In this document: piece after piece, positions 10,783 through 19,367 of the stretch
How the letters are laid out: every line of letters begins with the position of its first letter
How positions within the stretch are numbered: position 1 is the stretch's first letter
DNA from: Planctomycetota bacterium
Lineage (GTDB): Bacteria > Planctomycetota > PLA2 > JAEUHO01
Reading direction: 5' to 3'
NCBI GenBank assembly: GCA_965222115.1
Contig: CBDCTJ010000003.1
Location: 1 to 64,000 of the forward strand
Length of the DNA stretch: 64,000 bases
Notes under the pieces: generated by a model
Database searches by the model: none
What the model was told of the DNA's origin: nothing
The model's input: the letters and a program-made list of their open reading frames with translations, nothing else
Made by a program: the position numbers and the translations under genes

Positions 10783-11058
10783 GGGTAACTCCACGGCGAG
10801 GGTACTGAGATGCTGGGGCTCCGTCGCGATTCGCATTGGGGCGATGCCCCCCACCTGGCTCATTCATCGGTCGCGCCCATTCGTCGCCCCTACTAGTCGC
10901 ATCTACTGGGAAATGTGGACGCGTTGCTTGCGCTGCGACGTACTATCCCGGGCTGCCTCGCGTTCTCGGGGCGTCCTTCGACTGATGTGCACCCGGGCAG
11001 GCTGCTGGCCGCTCGCCATCGTCGGTGAATCGCCGCTCGACGGTAAGGAGTTGCTGCC

Positions 11059-11547
11059 ATGACCTCTCGCATTCGACAGGCCGAGACGCCGTATCTTCGC
11101 AGTGATCTTCCCGAAGTGTCCGTCGGCGATGGCGTGGATGTGGCGGTCAAGATTCGCGAGGGTGAGCGCGAGCGCGTGCAGACCTTCTCAGGTACCGTCA
11201 TCAAGATTCGCGGCGGCGGTCTGGGCAAGACGTTTACCGTGCGCCGCATTGTGCAGGGTGAAGGTGTGGAACGCATTTTCCCCGTGCACAGCCCGGTGAT
11301 CGAGGGCATTAAGATCACCCGCAAGGGTCGCGTTCGTCGCGCCAAGCTCTACTACTTGCGCGACCGCGTTGGCAAGGCCACGCGCTTGCGCGAGGTGCTG
11401 GGTAAGCGCGGTATCCAGGCCATTCGCGCCGCCGAAAAAGAGGCTGCGGCCCGTGCTCAGGCAGAAGCCCGCGCCGAGGCCGAAGCCAAAGCAAAGGCAG
11501 AAGCCGAAGCCGCCACGGCGGAAGCCGATACGCCCGCCGCCACGTAA
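11059..11547 (+). CDS. rplS: 50S ribosomal protein L19 with Ala/Glu/Lys-rich C-terminal extension
   Basis: [27 protein letters not shown] Shine-Dalgarno. Confidence 0.97.
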   Translation: MTSRIRQAETPYLRSDLPEVSVGDGVDVAVKIREGERERVQTFSGTVIKIRGGGLGKTFTVRRIVQGEGVERIFPVHSPVIEGIKITRKGRVRRAKLYYLRDRVGKATRLREVLGKRGIQAIRAAEKEAAARAQAEARAEAEAKAKAEAEAATAEADTPAAT

Positions 11548-11627
11548 CACGCGTATTGCTTTCCATGGGGTTTTAAACTCCCGTAGGTCCGGTGTGACCT
11601 GAGCGCGCATTATGCGTAGTACAAGCG

Positions 11628-12062
11628 ATGGGACATCGTGATCGTACAACTCATACCAAACCTCGCTCTCGGCTAGGACGTCTTGCACTGCGCCGCGGTC
11701 GTTGGGGCGAACGCATGGCCGCTCGTTTGCTACGCAAGGCGGGCTGCCAAATCGTCGGGCGCAACGTCCGCACGCCCCACGGTGAAGTCGATGTGCTCGT
11801 TCTCGACGGATCGGTACTTACCGTGGTCGAAGTGAAGTGTGGAGACGCGCCGATTTCCGTGCTGGCCACCCGCATTCGATACGGTCAGCGCGTTCGACTT
11901 CTGCGCGCCGCTCGGTGGCTTGGGACACACGCCCGTGGCCGATCAGGAGGCGTCAGGTGGCGGCGGGTGCGTATTGACTTTGTGTTCCTATCCACGGAGC
12001 CGTCGTCTCGAACGCTGCGTGCTTGGCACTGGCGAAAGAACGCACTGGCACGCCCGGCATGA
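11628..12062 (+). CDS. yraN: YraN/UPF0102 PD-(D/E)xK nuclease-like protein
   Basis: GRWGE..A..L, RN.R...GEVD, VVEVK, RIDF. Usual position after rplS. Confidence 0.85.
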   Translation: MGHRDRTTHTKPRSRLGRLALRRGRWGERMAARLLRKAGCQIVGRNVRTPHGEVDVLVLDGSVLTVVEVKCGDAPISVLATRIRYGQRVRLLRAARWLGTHARGRSGGVRWRRVRIDFVFLSTEPSSRTLRAWHWRKNALARPA

Positions 12063-12176
12063 TTGGTCGCTTGCCGCGCAAAATCCGTAGGGGTCCCCCG
12101 CACCTTGGTGTATCGACAGGGGACAAAGAAGTGCGTCGCACCCCAGTGCCCGCGGCATGAGGATTCACCTACCGTG

Positions 12177-12647
12177 ATGGACTCCAATAAGTTGATGCTC
12201 GGTGATCATCTCGACGCGAGTCGTGTGGTGGAACTCGCCACCAACGAAAAGGACAAAGTCCTCAGCGAACTGGTCCGCGTCGCCGCGACGTCGGCGGCCG
12301 TAGGCGATGAAGCCGCGTTGCTTCAAGCCGTGCGTGAACGCGAAGGCTTGTTGAGTACGGGCATTGGGCTTGGGATAGCCATCCCCCACGCACGCATTGC
12401 GCAGGTGTCGGAGTTCGTGATCGCCTTGGGGCGCCACAAGCAAGGGCTTGAGTTTGGTTCCATCGACAACAAGCCGGTGCACGTGGTGGTCTTGATTGCC
12501 GGCCCACAGGATGCCAAAAAGCAATACCTCGAGTTGCTTGCCCAGATTTCAAAGCGCCTCAAGCTCCAGGATGTGCGTGAAGCAATCGTCGGCGATCTCT
12601 CGGCGCAAGGCGTTGTGGATCTGTTGATGGGAAACGGTGCCGGATAA
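12177..12647 (+). CDS. PTS EIIA component (Ntr/fructose type)
   Basis: ERE..STGIG.GIAIPHAR phospho-His motif, FGSIDNKPV. Confidence 0.92.
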   Translation: MDSNKLMLGDHLDASRVVELATNEKDKVLSELVRVAATSAAVGDEAALLQAVREREGLLSTGIGLGIAIPHARIAQVSEFVIALGRHKQGLEFGSIDNKPVHVVVLIAGPQDAKKQYLELLAQISKRLKLQDVREAIVGDLSAQGVVDLLMGNGAG

Positions 12648-12660
12648 TCAATCTAATTTC

Positions 12661-12899
12661 GGATCTACCGCCCTTTGTGTGGGTCGTGAGAAAATGATAT
12701 CTTGTCCTGCCACCCATAAGAGGGTGCGGGCGGTGAGAAAAGAAACGATGTTGGCAAGATGGGGCTGTCTCGACCTAGTGGCACGATGCGGATTCAGACA
12801 AAGCACCGTTCAGAGGCATCAATCTCATGTTGCTCCTGTGTAGCGGCGACATCGAATCCATCCCAAGCTGCCGCGACTCAGATGAAGATCAGGAAACTC
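12661..12899 (+). mobile_element. Degenerate, internally deleted ISL3-family relic (copy A)
   Basis: The left ~130 bp align with 20583-20705. The right part aligns with 20990-21070 and encodes a frameshifted ISL3 transposase C-terminus (MLLLCSGDIE..HPKLP). Confidence 0.65.
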
Positions 12900-12998
12900 T
12901 ACAACACGCGGCGCAGAGTCCCGAATCTGAGGCCTTGATAGAGAGACGCGAATTCAGCTAGACTCCTTTGCTTCTTGCACCCTTTTGGAGAGTTGGTC

Positions 12999-13379
12999 AT
13001 GTCAGACGAAGAAGGCTGCGTACTTCTACTTGTTTGGCTCTCTGGAACTGCCGCGGTCGCATGGGTCGGTGGTCGCTTGGCAGAACACGGTGTGCTAACC
13101 ATGCATGCTGAGACTGCTGGTTTGGTCTTTGCAGGAGCATTCACTCTCCTTTTCATGATTATCCCGGGGCTACGGGCTGCGCTCCTCGGATTGACCGAGC
13201 TGTTTTTTCGCCTCATCCAGGCAGCTTGGGAAATCGCGTTGACTTTGATCGGCATCGCGATATTGGCTGCGATCGGCTCTGGAGTGGCGCAGTGCAGTGC
13301 GAAGGAAGCGGAGAGTGGAGTGGAATTTCGCCAACAAGATTATGGCGCGTCGTTTGAGAGGCACCGCTGTCTACGATGA
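12999..13379 (+). CDS. Small hypothetical membrane protein
   Basis: GGAG-ATG start, three hydrophobic segments. Confidence 0.55.
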   Translation: MSDEEGCVLLLVWLSGTAAVAWVGGRLAEHGVLTMHAETAGLVFAGAFTLLFMIIPGLRAALLGLTELFFRLIQAAWEIALTLIGIAILAAIGSGVAQCSAKEAESGVEFRQQDYGASFERHRCLR

Positions 13380-14133
13380 ACGAGCCGCATCGCGGGACGC
13401 CTAAAACGATGAGCTAGCCTATTCGGGCGAACTTAAGTGCGCGCTCCAATACAGTCGTGGTCAAGACGAATTTTTCGTCAACGGTCCAGTCATATTCCAC
13501 GACACCAACCTGCTCGAGCGGTCGGGCCGGATCAATCATCACAGACCGAACCAGTTCCTCTGCGGCCTGACAGAATCGGCACCGCGCCTCCTTCCCTCGT
13601 AGCCAAGTAGGGTTTCCCCAACCGCGCCCTTGGGGACTGTCCTTAGCTACTCTTGCGATGGATCAGGGCGTGGCAAATTCACGCACCCTACAAAGTTCCC
13701 TCGTGAGGCAACCCCAAACATGGTTTTCTTGGGGAATCAGCTCGACCCGAGCCAACGGGTAAACTAATGAAAGGTCTGATTCCCTTGAGTGAGAAGGAAC
13801 TAGAGAGCACTGTAGGCACTCCCCTCCCTAGCTGCCATCACTTTCGTTGTCTAAATCGACCCTGCTACGACTTCGAATGATGGTGGCGCAACCTAGACTA
13901 CAAGGGATTGCGCACACCTTAAAAATTGATCAGCAATTTTTCCGCTCTGGGCTGGTCGACGGACACAGTAAGTTCCATCTCGCCCAAGGGCGCCTCGCTA
14001 GCAGTGCGACTCCAAAATCACATAGAGTTACGCGCGGAGGAATGTAGCCTCAACCCGCAGTCAATTCCGAATTCGTCCCGTCAACGTCGAATCTACGCTG
14101 ATGTTGGCTCAGCCCCAGAGGCAGCACGTACCT

Positions 14134-15516
14134 ATGAGTAACGACCCTGTCGGAACTGTTGCCAGCCTCGTTGGAGGTTGGTTAACCTCAACCGTCAGTA
14201 AGGGTGTTCTGCTTGGAGCGGTGACCTATTGGAAATCGCCAAAACGCATTGGCGAGCACCTCCCATTAGCCGCGCAACCGAAGCGCCTGGAAAAGCTGGG
14301 AAGGACTCTTTCCCAATTCGGGCCGAATCAACTTCGAGCACACAGTCACCAAAGGAAGATTACCCATCAAAGGTTGGCGGCTGAGACAAACTACCCCAAT
14401 GAAAACAACTGGTTACTGACGCGGGAATTCTCGGACGATGCGGGTACCCATGCTCGGAGAGTCATCCCATATGTGCACAGCCTAGATTTGACAAAGAGAG
14501 TTCGAATCAGTGCACGGGTGGTTGAGCCTTATAGCCAGCGCGTGAAAGACATGGCCAAATGGTCAGATCTTGGTGGGTACGATGCGTTTCGCCGCGCAAT
14601 GGCAGCTCACCGGATTGCTTCGGAGAAGAGACGCTCTCAGCCAACTGACAACACACTCATAGCTGTCGTCAAGGTGTGGAAAGATGGAATAGAGCACACG
14701 GTAGACATATCTAAGGCCACGTACATCGATCAATTCGTTACGAACCAAGTGCAAGCCGTCGATCTGCCTGTGGGAGTGATTCGTGACAGCGACTCACGTA
14801 TAGCACTCAGTCCCAAGTACATCGACCGCACTCTACGTTCGCTAGATCGCAGCAAGGAAACAAAGCTTTGCGCGCTTGAAGACTCAATTTTAGCAAACAC
14901 ATTGGGAGCAGCAGTCTTAGTGGTAACATATGATGGTTATCTCTTGCTTCCGAGACGCAATAAGAGAGTGCACGTGTTTGAAGATCTAGATGGCTGTAGT
15001 GTGTCCGGAGCTGTGGATTGGCCAAGACCACAAGGATCCTTAGAAAATCTGGATCTTACGGAATACGTATTCGACAATCATCTAAGAGAAGAAGCCGTTA
15101 AGGAGCTAGGTGTCGACAGAAGAACGCAGTCGAATTGGTCCTGGGAACCAGTTGCCCTGTGCCGGGAAGCACATAGAGCAGGCAAGCCTCAGTTGTTCGG
15201 CATCGTGTGGTCTTCACTTAGTCTTTCCGATCACATCAATGCCTTCAAGGCTGCGACCGGAACACCTGGTGGTCCCCAGAGTGAGTTTTCTTATCTCAGC
15301 TGGATACAAGTCGCTACGAGCCTTGATTTGTCGAACGACAATCTACCTAGTCTCATTGGCGCTCGAATGGGCTATCTGAGTGCGCCAGGCATTCGATTGG
15401 TGGCGGAGTCGGGACGCGCTTTCGTGCCCTCAGACGAGTTTAGAGCATGCGCCTTGTACGCAGCTTGTGCGATTGGAAGCTCTGCGATAAAGGTACATCC
15501 CAGTTGGACCAGATAG
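14134..15516 (+). CDS. Hypothetical protein with C-terminal degenerate Nudix-like domain
   Basis: LANTLGAAVLVVTYDGYLLLPRRNKRV...SVSGAVDW...LREEAVKELGV...GKPQLFG resembles divergent Nudix folds; the Nudix box is non-canonical. Confidence 0.6.
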   Translation: MSNDPVGTVASLVGGWLTSTVSKGVLLGAVTYWKSPKRIGEHLPLAAQPKRLEKLGRTLSQFGPNQLRAHSHQRKITHQRLAAETNYPNENNWLLTREFSDDAGTHARRVIPYVHSLDLTKRVRISARVVEPYSQRVKDMAKWSDLGGYDAFRRAMAAHRIASEKRRSQPTDNTLIAVVKVWKDGIEHTVDISKATYIDQFVTNQVQAVDLPVGVIRDSDSRIALSPKYIDRTLRSLDRSKETKLCALEDSILANTLGAAVLVVTYDGYLLLPRRNKRVHVFEDLDGCSVSGAVDWPRPQGSLENLDLTEYVFDNHLREEAVKELGVDRRTQSNWSWEPVALCREAHRAGKPQLFGIVWSSLSLSDHINAFKAATGTPGGPQSEFSYLSWIQVATSLDLSNDNLPSLIGARMGYLSAPGIRLVAESGRAFVPSDEFRACALYAACAIGSSAIKVHPSWTR

Positions 15517-15560
15517 CTGGAAGAGACTGACCACGAAGTTGGCTACCTGGAGTTACGAAA

Positions 15561-16433
15561 ATGCCCTCAGGCAAGAAGATTCTTATTACTGGTGGTGCTG
15601 GGTTCATTGGTAGTCACCTTGCAGAAGCACTTGCAGAATCCAATTTCGTCACTTCACTCGACAATTACTTCACGGGATCTCGCGACAACCACGTCGCGGG
15701 TGTTCAATACCTTGAAGGCCACACACGGGATATTGACAAAATCATAGAAACTCCACCGGAGATAGTCTACCACCTTGGGGAGTACTCGCGGGTTGAGAGA
15801 AGCTTTGCAGAACCCGACGTCGTGTGGGACTTGAACGTCCAAGGCACAACTCAAGTTGTTGAATACTGTCGACGTGTTGGTGCCAAATTGGTGTATGCGG
15901 GATCGAGCACCAAATTCGCTTCAGGAGACTCCGGGCGAGACTTGAGCCCTTACACGTGGTCAAAAGCGATCAATTCGGAGTTAATCGTCAACTACGGAGC
16001 CTGGTACGGAATCGACTACGCGATCACTTATTTTTACAACGTGTACGGACCACGAGAAATCTGCAGCGGGACCTACGCAACTGTGCTTGGGATCTTTCGT
16101 GCTCTGCATGAGCAAGGTAAGCCGCTTACAGTGGTTTCGCCTGGAACTCAGCAGCGTAACTTTACGCACGTATTAGATGTTGTAAGAGGACTTTTGATAG
16201 TTGGAGATCATGGTCATGGTGACGGCTTCGGCCTCGGTGCTGATGCAAGCTACACGATAGTTGAGATTGCGGAGATGTTCGGATCCGAGATCGCGTGGCT
16301 TCCGGAACGTCCAGGAAACCGAAAGGCGTCAAGGCTTGACACGTCCAAGGCAAGACTTCTTGGATGGAATCCGACTCAGAAGGTAGAGGACTACGTGGCG
16401 AGGGCAGTCTCGTCAAGTCGTGAAGCGAAGTAG
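15561..16433 (+). CDS. NAD-dependent NDP-sugar epimerase/dehydratase (extended SDR)
   Basis: ILITGGAGFIGSHL, YAGSST, SPYTWSK (YxxxK), YFYNVYGP, RNFTHV.D. Confidence 0.93.
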   Translation: MPSGKKILITGGAGFIGSHLAEALAESNFVTSLDNYFTGSRDNHVAGVQYLEGHTRDIDKIIETPPEIVYHLGEYSRVERSFAEPDVVWDLNVQGTTQVVEYCRRVGAKLVYAGSSTKFASGDSGRDLSPYTWSKAINSELIVNYGAWYGIDYAITYFYNVYGPREICSGTYATVLGIFRALHEQGKPLTVVSPGTQQRNFTHVLDVVRGLLIVGDHGHGDGFGLGADASYTIVEIAEMFGSEIAWLPERPGNRKASRLDTSKARLLGWNPTQKVEDYVARAVSSSREAK

Positions 16434-16937
16434 ACAGGTGGCTCCCCGGCGGATTCGATGGAAATCTTGCAATACCGAATCATGAGCCAACGGTTCGTGC
16501 AGCCCAAGCAGACATTGTTGGATGCAAACGCAATGGCCGCGCGGATCCTGGCGACGTCAACTGGCTTCCCGCAAGTGCACAGAGGGTCCCACACAGCCAT
16601 GCTCTTGAACCTCCACAAGCGGACTCATCGAGTCAAGATCCAGCATAGGAAGTGCAAGTGATTTCGAGAGTATGTATTATGAACTCAACAGCTTCCTAAG
16701 CTGAATGTCGGGAGTCCGAATCTCATTGGGTACTTCTTGAGTTGATCGGAAACAACTATCGCGAGAAGGTGACCAAGAGGCGGTAGCAAGAAAATTGGAA
16801 TCGAAAAGAGCAAAGCCAAGACTCTGCCCTTTATGGAAGACCAGCCTGCATTACGTGCTGGCTGGCAATGACGTGCTCCCCGAATTCGATACCGGGTTGA
16901 GTGAGAGTTTCCGCATCGTATGATGAGGAGACAGAGC

Positions 16938-17216
16938 ATGAAGAAGAAGCGTCACAATCCTGAGCAGGTGATCCGCAAGTTGCGGAAGGCCGAGCAGATG
17001 AAGTCTGCTGGCAAGTCCGTAGGTGAGATCTGCCAAGCCCTGGAAATCAGCGAACAGACGTACCACCGTTGGAAGGCACGTTACGGAAACGCCGATGCAA
17101 GCGTGGCGAAGCGCGTTCGAGAGCTAGAGGCCGAGAACCGGCGCCTTAAGAAGGCTGTTGCCGATCTCACGATTGACAAGCAGATTCTCAAGGAGGTCGC
17201 CGAGGGAAAATGGTAG
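16938..17216 (+). CDS. IS3 OrfA (HTH) transposase subunit
   Basis: MKKKRHNPEQVIRKL..LEISEQTYHRWK..LEAENRRLKKAVADL. Confidence 0.93.
   Translation: MKKKRHNPEQVIRKLRKAEQMKSAGKSVGEICQALEISEQTYHRWKARYGNADASVAKRVRELEAENRRLKKAVADLTIDKQILKEVAEGKW
17204..17210 (+). promoter_or_regulatory. Putative -1 programmed frameshift site G_GGA_AAA (orfA/orfB)
   Basis: X_XXY_YYZ heptamer in the orfA frame just before the orfA stop; a -1 shift enters the orfB frame (GKMVGP). Confidence 0.75.
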
Positions 17217-17781
17217 GCCCAGCTCGCAAGCGCGAGGCTGTTCGCCTTGTGCGTCGCCGGCTGGGCTACTCCGAACGTCGAGTTTGCCGTGCACTTGGCG
17301 TGTCTCGTTCCACGGCGAGGCGCAAGCCTGCACAGTCAAGACTCAATCTCAAGCTACTGGAGCGCATTCTCGAACTCGTGCGTGTAAATCCACGGTTTGG
17401 CTACCGTCGAATCCACGCGTTGCTTCGGCGCGAGGGCTGGAAGATCAACCTAAAGCGTGTGCATGGCATTTGGCGCCGAGAGGGCCTAAGAGTCCCTAAG
17501 AGACAAAATAAGCGCATGCGGCTGGGCTCAAGCGCACAGGGTTGTGTTCGGAATCGAGCAACGCATCGGAATCACGTTTGGACGCTTGACTTCGCGTGGG
17601 ACGTGACCAGCGAGGGGCGACAGATAAAGTTCTTGCCGATCGTTGATGAATACACGAGGGAGTGTCACGCGTTGAGCGTAGGAAAGTCGATTCGCGCTAC
17701 TGACGTACAAGACACTCTTGAGCGTTTATTCGAAGAACAAGGGGCACCTATGCACATCCGCTGCGCGTGCTATGTCTCTTT

Positions 17782-17787
17782 TGTCAA
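17782..17787 (-). promoter_or_regulatory. Perfect -35 (TTGACA) of a putative circle-junction promoter
   Basis: It points out of the element end. After circularisation it sits 17 bp from GAGTAT (weak -10) and faces the transposase. Confidence 0.6.
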
Positions 17788-17789
17788 CC

Positions 17790-17990
17790 TGTGATTCTGA
17801 GAAACCGTGGGATGTCCAATCGAGCAACGGATCCGAGCTTTCCCTATTTGGGTGCTCAACGTGCCTCATCCGGACTGAACCCGAAGGAGCGGAGGGTGCC
17901 AAGCGGAGCTGTCGGGATGTCTCAAATCGAGGTCCCATGACAACGGACGACATGTCCTCCTCTCCGATTTCTCGGAGCCTTCGGTAAGTT
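17790..17990 (-). ncRNA. Candidate bridge/seek RNA in the IS110 3' non-coding end
   Basis: GAAA-tetraloop hairpin at 17962-17977, further stems, and short segments matching the reconstructed target and donor (see findings). Boundaries are guessed. Confidence 0.55.
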
Positions 17991-17991
17991 C

Positions 17992-19245
17992 TTAGGCTGC
18001 TTCGGTACTTTTCTCCTTCCATTGGTGATTGACGTCGAAGGGGACGCGCTTCTTCATCACCGCGAAGGCGTAGAGAAGCAGCTTATTCATACAAGCACCA
18101 AATGCGGCCATCTTGGATAGAGGTCGAACGGCGCGATTAGTGAGGTGGTCGTAATGTGCGGCGATGCGGGGGTTGTGCTGGGTGGCGGCCAGTGTCGCCA
18201 TATATAGGATGGTTCGAAGTTGGCTGCGACCGCGGCGAGTCATGCGAGTCGCCGGATCGGCATTGCCCGTTTGTCTTCGTCCAGGATTTGTGCCTGCAAG
18301 CTTGATCAGTTGACGACCGTTTGCGTAGTTGTCAATGGGGCCAATCTCAGCGATCAAACCGGCGACGGTCAACCAGGACATACCGGGAATCGTTGAGAGA
18401 TACTCGGCCTCCTCAATGCAATTGAGTGCACGCTGGATCTCGGAGCCGAGGTCGTCCATTTGATCTTGGGCGAGGTCGATGCGTGCGACTAAGCGCTGGA
18501 TCTCACTTGCCAGAACTTGGTTTCCTTGTCGCGGTGCGACGCTTGTTTTGGCCTTTTCGATGAGTTGTCGGACCTTGTGCCGCCAAAGTCGCCGGCCGCG
18601 CGCGGCTTCTTTGGCTTGGGCTACCAACTCTGGCTCTGACATCTGCGCGATATCGAATGGTGTAAGTCCCAGTCGTAAGACGGCCAGCGCGCCGGGTGAG
18701 AGCGTCTTGGACCAATTGCCTGTGAACTCGGGAAACCAGCCGTAGATTTGATGCGCGAGGAGTGTTTTGAGTCGGGCTCGCTCAAATCTTAGGCGACTAA
18801 GTTCTCCCCAGGCACGGCGAAGCGCAACGTAGTTGGGTGGCATCAACTGCGTCTGCGTGACCATGCCGATACGCAAGAGGTCAGCGATCTGTTCCGCGTC
18901 CGTGATGTCGCGTTTGTCGCGTCCCATTTGGCGTGCCTCTCGCACCCGATGGGTGGCCAGTGGATTGACAATGGAGTAGCGTTCTCCGGCTGTTGCGAGA
19001 TAATCTGCGATAGCAGGCCAAACATGCCCCGTGGCCTCGAACGCGTAGTGCGCCCTCCCATTCAAAGGAACATGGCGAGCTGCGCGCCGACGAAGCTCTT
19101 GGAAGCCTTGGATCGAATGAGGGATTTTAAATCGCGTGATGCGTGAGCCGCTGGCCCCGAGAATGGCCACGACATGACCAGTAGTGGCCAGATCGATTCC
19201 AACCGCGATATCTTGAGGACTGAGGTGAGGGCGCTTGAGTTCCAC
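17992..19245 (-). CDS. IS110-family DEDD recombinase/transposase
   Basis: AVGIDLA, FEATG, VNP, KRDITDAE, LSTIPGM, AGTNPGRRQTG, RRGRSQLR. AGGAG-preceded GTG start; frame intact. Confidence 0.95.
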   Translation of the reverse strand: MELKRPHLSPQDIAVGIDLATTGHVVAILGASGSRITRFKIPHSIQGFQELRRRAARHVPLNGRAHYAFEATGHVWPAIADYLATAGERYSIVNPLATHRVREARQMGRDKRDITDAEQIADLLRIGMVTQTQLMPPNYVALRRAWGELSRLRFERARLKTLLAHQIYGWFPEFTGNWSKTLSPGALAVLRLGLTPFDIAQMSEPELVAQAKEAARGRRLWRHKVRQLIEKAKTSVAPRQGNQVLASEIQRLVARIDLAQDQMDDLGSEIQRALNCIEEAEYLSTIPGMSWLTVAGLIAEIGPIDNYANGRQLIKLAGTNPGRRQTGNADPATRMTRRGRSQLRTILYMATLAATQHNPRIAAHYDHLTNRAVRPLSKMAAFGACMNKLLLYAFAVMKKRVPFDVNHQWKEKSTEAA

Positions 19246-19311
19246 TGTGTGTACTCCTGATTCGTGAGAGTTTTGGGAGACACAGAGTAGGGCCAGGGGC
19301 CTCGCCTCACT

Positions 19312-19367
19312 TAGCACGCGAGTATGTCCTTCTCGAAGGCCTCTGGCCTCCAAGAAGGACATACTCG
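19312..19367. repeat. Inverted repeat whose inner arm (19312-19333) is the exact reverse complement of the element's circle junction
   Basis: tagcacgcgagtatgtccttct versus junction agaaggacatact-CG-cgtgcta. Confidence 0.9.

Larger units (their letters stand above)
17764..19367 (-). mobile_element. IS110-family element (IS1111-like layout) with CG core at both ends
   Basis: Empty site reconstructs exactly. Sub-terminal IRs TATGTCTCTTTTG (17771-17783) and CAAGAAGGACATA (19351-19363). Short 5' and 226-bp 3' non-coding ends. Confidence 0.93.

Noticed and set aside
13380-14100. Integron attC site or ncRNA in the long non-coding island stretch
   Set aside because: Only scattered short hairpins; no convincing R/L-box pairing and no integrase.
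16685-16868. Membrane-protein gene truncated by IS3
   Set aside because: Short hydrophobic frame, but no continuation could be found on the other side of the IS.
19246-19362. Track start for the IS110 transposase at 19362
   Set aside because: It lies in the terminal IR/hairpin; GTG 19245 has an AGGAG SD and sits near the GIDLA motif.
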